DNA of 64,000 nucleotides, taken from the NCBI GenBank assembly GCA_963664115.2, contig CAXWPJ010000002.1, forward strand, positions 448,001-512,000. The letters run 5' to 3'. The position numbers and the translations under genes are program-made. Of the stretch, positions 58,462-64,000 are shown piece by piece. The notes beneath the pieces are model-generated. The model was not told the origin of the DNA. It searched no databases and worked only from the letters and a program-made list of their open reading frames with translations. This DNA comes from Terriglobia bacterium (GTDB lineage Bacteria > Acidobacteriota > Terriglobia > 20CM-2-55-15). Position 1 is the stretch's first letter, and each line of letters begins with the position of its first letter.

Positions 58462-59376
58462 CTAGCTCCTCGTTTTAGCCCTACGCGCCAGATACGCAAA
58501 CAGTCCCACGTCGAGTGGCTGACTGCTGTTCATCAGCGTGTAATCCACGCCCATCGAGGCAAACTCTTTTTCCAGTGCGCCAACGTGCCCCTGGATCAAT
58601 TGCAAATACTCCCGGCGCAGTTGTTGCGGGATGACATTCAACTTCTTCGTCGTTTCCAGATCTTCGAATTCGGTCATCGTATCGAAGGGAAAATTCAGTT
58701 CGAAATCGTCGAGAACGTGAAACACGATGACATCGTTACCTTTCGACCGAAGATGTTTTACGCTGGAAACGATGTTCTCGACCTCATCATAAAAATCGGA
58801 AACGATGACGATCATGCCGCGCCGCTTCAAAAATTCCGCCATGTAGTCCAGCGGTTTTCGAAATTCGGTCACCTTGCTGGCTTCCACCCGCTCGATCTCG
58901 GCCAGGAGACTGAAGAGTTGACCGGTTTTTCGACCTGCGGGGATGTGTCCTGTCACTGCCTCATCAAAGGTCACCAAGCCCACGCCATCCCTCTGGTGAT
59001 AAGCAAAGTAAATGAGCGACGCCGTTAAAAATTTGGCGTACTCCATTTTAGTAACCTCACCCGAGCCATAAGCCATCGAACCGCTGGCATCCATCAGGAA
59101 GTGGACGTGGGTGTTGGTTTCTCCCTCAAACAGTTTGACGAATAACTTGTCCAGCCGGGCATACACGTTCCAATCGATCCGACGGATTTCATCTCCGGGA
59201 TGATATTGGCGATACTCGGCGAAATCGACGCTGAAACCGAGAAACGGAGACTTGTGCAGGCCCTGCACGAAGCCTTCAACCACGGTACGCGCCAGCAACT
59301 CCAGGTTCTGGATTTTCGTCAACACGGTCGGATCGATGAAACGATTCGCCGCTCCCGGTGCTACAGCAGTGCTCAT
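58462..59376 (-). CDS. DUF58 / vWA domain protein (MoxR partner)
   Basis: GLHKSPFLGFSVDFAEYRQYHPGDEIRRIDWNVYAR, MDASGSM, VSDF. Confidence 0.93.
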   Translation of the reverse strand: MSTAVAPGAANRFIDPTVLTKIQNLELLARTVVEGFVQGLHKSPFLGFSVDFAEYRQYHPGDEIRRIDWNVYARLDKLFVKLFEGETNTHVHFLMDASGSMAYGSGEVTKMEYAKFLTASLIYFAYHQRDGVGLVTFDEAVTGHIPAGRKTGQLFSLLAEIERVEASKVTEFRKPLDYMAEFLKRRGMIVIVSDFYDEVENIVSSVKHLRSKGNDVIVFHVLDDFELNFPFDTMTEFEDLETTKKLNVIPQQLRREYLQLIQGHVGALEKEFASMGVDYTLMNSSQPLDVGLFAYLARRAKTRS

Positions 59377-59405
59377 CAGTACACCTTCCCAGTCCTGGGC
59401 AAGGC

Positions 59406-60431
59406 TCAGTCCTTCATGCCGGATTCGGGCACCGGCACAGCTTCGAGCAACTGACGGATTATGTCTTCAGACGTGATCCCTTCAGACTCCGCATGGAAGT
59501 TCGTAATGAGGCGGTGCCGGAAGACCGGGTACGCCAGCTTCTGGATGTCTTCGATGGCCACGTTGTAACGCCCATTGATCAAGGCCAGAGCCTTACTGCC
59601 AAGAATCAGGAACTGTGAGGCCCGGAGGCTGGCACCATAATTGACGTACTGCTTAATGAAATCGGGAATGACCCCTTCACCCTTCGGCCGGCTGGCACGG
59701 GCGAGTTGCACGGCATACTTCATGATCGGTTCCGCAACGGGCATCTTGCGCACAAGGCGTTGGAATTCGAGGATCTCCGGACCGCCGATCGTCTTCTCGA
59801 AACTCACCTCGCGTAGTGAGGTCGTCTGGTTGACGACCTGAATCTCGTCGACCTCGCTGAGGTAGTCGATGATGACGTTGAACATGAAGCGGTCCAACTG
59901 TGCTTCAGGCAAGGGGTAGGTACCTTCGAGTTCGATCGGATTCTGCGTGGCCAGGACATAGAAGGGTTTATCCAGAACGTAGGTCTGTCCGTCAACCGTT
60001 ACCGATCCCTCCTGCATGGCCTCGAGCAATGCAGACTGTGTCTTCGGAGGCGTCCGGTTGATTTCATCCGCGAGGATGATATTCGCGAAGATGGGGCCTT
60101 TAACAAAAACACGTTCCCGACGACCGGTCGTGCGATTTTCTTCGATCATCTCCGTCCCGGTGATATCGGCCGGCATCAGGTCGGGCGTGAACTGGATGCG
60201 ATTGAAATCCAGATGCAAGACCTGCGCCACGGTCTGGATGAGCAGGGTCTTGGCAAGACCCGGCACCCCCGTTATCATTGAGTTCGCGCCGGTCAGCAGG
60301 GATACCATGATCTGGTCCACGGCCTCATTCTGACCGACGATTACCTTCCGGACCTCTTTATCAATTGCAGCGATGTCAGAATGAAATTTCTCCACCGTTT
60401 CGAGATCTTTTTTTTCTTCGACGCTTTCCAT
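59406..60431 (-). CDS. moxR: MoxR-family AAA+ ATPase
   Basis: GVPGLAKT, RIQFTPDLMPADITG, ADEINRTPPKTQSALLEAMQE, ATQNPIELEGTYPLPEAQLDRF. Confidence 0.95.
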   Translation of the reverse strand: MESVEEKKDLETVEKFHSDIAAIDKEVRKVIVGQNEAVDQIMVSLLTGANSMITGVPGLAKTLLIQTVAQVLHLDFNRIQFTPDLMPADITGTEMIEENRTTGRRERVFVKGPIFANIILADEINRTPPKTQSALLEAMQEGSVTVDGQTYVLDKPFYVLATQNPIELEGTYPLPEAQLDRFMFNVIIDYLSEVDEIQVVNQTTSLREVSFEKTIGGPEILEFQRLVRKMPVAEPIMKYAVQLARASRPKGEGVIPDFIKQYVNYGASLRASQFLILGSKALALINGRYNVAIEDIQKLAYPVFRHRLITNFHAESEGITSEDIIRQLLEAVPVPESGMKD

Positions 60432-60435
60432 TCAA

Positions 60436-62975
60436 TTACCTCACAATCCTCAATAGCAACTCCTGCGCCGCCTCAAACGACGGTGCAATTTCCAAACTTC
60501 GCAAGATACTTCGACGCGCCTCTGCCATTCGGCCCGCGCCATATTCGGCAGAAGCGAGATTAAAATACGTATTCGCAAGATCTGGAGCGTTCAACGCTAT
60601 CAACACTTCGTATTCGCGCGCCGCGTCGGCAAACTCTTCCCGCTCCATCAACACCGAACCCAATTCCCGATGCCCTTCCAGGTCCATTGGACGGATATAC
60701 ATGGCCCGCTTCAAAATTTCGGAGGCACCTTCACTGTCACCGCTCGCCTGCATCAATCCAGCTAACTTCAGATAGGTGCCGTAAGCATATTCGGAAAGCG
60801 CTGCAAAGCGGCTGAGCGTGTCGATGGCCGCGCTATCGTCGCCCATCTGGATGTATACGTCCCCAAGGAGCTCATAGGGATTTTCTTGTCCTGCGTATTC
60901 CGGATAAAGCTCGATCGCACGTGTCAGAGATTCAACCGCCTCATCCAGCATTCCCGCCTCGATTGCAGCGATGCCTTCCTGTGTGAGAGTCCGGGACTGC
61001 TCGACATCTATAAACGCAACCCGGGCACCGACCCAACCCTTAAACTCCCGATCGAACGCGCTGAGACTGACGCCCAGCGCCTCTTCAAATGCTTCTTCTG
61101 TGTTTAGCCCATCCTTATAAGCCGAGAGCATGTCAAGAATCGCACTGAAACCGTAGGTTTCATCGATGTAGTCGCAAACCAGAGAAGCCTGATAGTAGGA
61201 AAGGATTACCTGCCCCGGATGGGTCGGTCTCACGAACCCATTGTTCAATTCCTCGATGGGCAGAAACTGATCGTCGTTGATGGCTGACAGGTAGTCGATC
61301 TGCAGATCGTCGCCCCAGCCGGGTACGGCCTTTCGCTCCTCGTACACGGAAATACCCTCGGAAAACCACCGGGGAATCTTGTGGTCGGTTGTTCCCAATG
61401 TAATGACATGAGCAAACTCGTGCCAGAGCGTTCCCCCCCAGTTGAACTCTTCCGGAGGCCGGGCCGACGGAGAATCCATCACCACGACTTTGCCGAAGGC
61501 GACGCCAAGCGCACCCAGTCCCGGCAAACCGAGCGTGCGTACCGCGAAATCTTCGTGGTCGGGAAACATTTCGAAAGTGATCGGGGCTTCGGGCTCGTAA
61601 CCGTACTTGGCGCTGAGCGTGTCCCAGGCTTCTTCGAGCAATTCAGTGACGTAAGGCGCCAGTGCCGCGCTTTCTTCCTTGTGCAACTTGACTTCAAAGT
61701 GCTCGGTCTCTAAGCGGTCGAAGTTCGTAAAGCTATCGAGCAGGGTCAGCGTGTTGACGGTCCAGACGTTGAACGCATCGCCTTCGTAGGCCGCCTCGAG
61801 CGTGGCTGTTCCGTCCACCTCTTCTCCGATGCGGAGCAGATTGATCCCAAGCAGGCTGAGCGCCTTCCAGTCTCTCGGGTTCAGCCGGACCGCCTCCCGG
61901 GCGAAATCCACTGCCTGCCGATAGAGCCGGACCGATACGCACAACTCGGCCAGGGTGTAATACATTTCGCTGTAACCGGGGTTGGTCTGGAGCACTTGTT
62001 GGACATATCGTTCGAACTCGCCTTCTTCTCCCCTCAGATAATTAGTCGCCGCCAGCAGGGACAGCGCTTTCGCATATCGCGGGTTGATCTCCAGGGCTTT
62101 GGCCGTCTCTTCGTCGGCGTCATCGTACTGTTCGGCATCAATCCTTTGTCGTGCCCGCAGCAGATACCCTTCGACAAGACTCGGGTTCACCTCTAAGGCC
62201 CGCTCCAGTGCCCCCTGGCTGCGCTCGGGGTTAGCGCCGATCAAAACACGCGCGATTCCCAGATGGGCTTCCGGCATGTTGGGATCAATCCGAAGCGCAT
62301 CTTCATAGCTGGCGACGGCTTCCGGATCGTTGTACTTCTCAGCGAGCAGATCGCCCCAGGCCAGAAACGCTTCAGCGTCTCTCGGATTCGCCTGCGTCAC
62401 GAGTCGAAACGCGTCGTTGGCGTCGTGAAAAAACTCCAGAGCCCACATCGCCCGCGCAATGTGGATCAACTCATCAGTGCGGTTGATGAAACCGTTCTGA
62501 AAACGTTCGATCAGATCCTGGTATATCGCGTCGGCTTCCCCGCGGCGTCCCAGATCTCCCAACACCGCAGCCTTCTCGTAGCGCGCTGCCGTACCGACGT
62601 CAGCAAAATTAAGGATTTCTTCCAGGTGTTCCAGGGCCCGCTCATAGTTCCCCGTGATCCGGTTTGCCCGGGCGGCAGCCAGCCGGATCGCACCGACGTT
62701 GGGATTGAGGTCGGAGAATTCTTCAAACCGGGTCAGAGCTTCCTGGTATTCGCCTCCCCGGACCCAGGAGTAATAAAGGCCTTCGACGACCTCAGGAGCC
62801 ATGCTGCCGGACTCCACCATCGATTCCAATGCAGTTGCTGCGCCGCCATAGTCTCCCCGTCGGGCACGCTCCACGGGATCTGAATTGTCAGACTGGCCCA
62901 GAGCTCCACAACTGGTAACCAGCAACGGAAGCAATATCCGGAACGCGACGAAGGATCCGAGATTCCCACGTTTCA

Positions 62976-62976
<1 letters not shown>
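60436..62976 (-). CDS. Exported TPR protein with central gluzincin (peptidase MA-like) domain
   Basis: Signal/lipobox-like VTSC; multiple TPRs; LWHEFAHV (HExxH) plus PRWFSEG third ligand. Confidence 0.85.

Positions 62977-64000
<1,024 letters not shown>

Overview
64 kb of a GC-rich bacterial chromosome, most likely Acidobacteriota (inferred from the gene set and order). Many proteins are acidic, hinting at a marine or saline habitat. Left to right: (1) 1-21073 (+), a surface-glycan locus with a partial TPR protein, an O-antigen-ligase/O-OTase-like TPR protein, a sigma54-type promoter followed by a small coupled ORF, NDP-sugar enzymes (nucleotidyltransferase, two DegT aminotransferases, gmd, fcl, epimerase), Wzm/Wzt, two methyltransferases, five glycosyltransferases, WecA/MraY and a UGM-like flavoprotein. 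(2) 21096-26076 (-), a type IV pilus block with intact pilC-pilS-pilR, a deleted and frameshifted pilB relic, and no pilT. (3) An ntrY/ntrX-like two-component system, then an AT-richer RNase HI plus an SRPBCC gene between 10-bp direct repeats. (4) A thiS-thiG fusion, the F0 part of the ATP synthase (atpZ-I-B-E), a Pro-rich lipoprotein and pncA/pncB. (5) An 11-subunit complex I-like operon (nuoABCDHIJKLMN, no nuoEFG) with an NDUFAF7/MidA-type methyltransferase between nuoB and nuoC, preceded by moeA-moaC-mog. (6) glyA. (7) 52851-64000 (-), an uncharacterised envelope operon: caspase-fold protein lacking Cys, TPR-metallopeptidase, MoxR AAA+, DUF58, BatA-vWA and a 1153-aa DUF4175-like protein. 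No rRNA, tRNA, CRISPR array or transposase was recognised. All calls come from motif recognition by eye; no searches were run.
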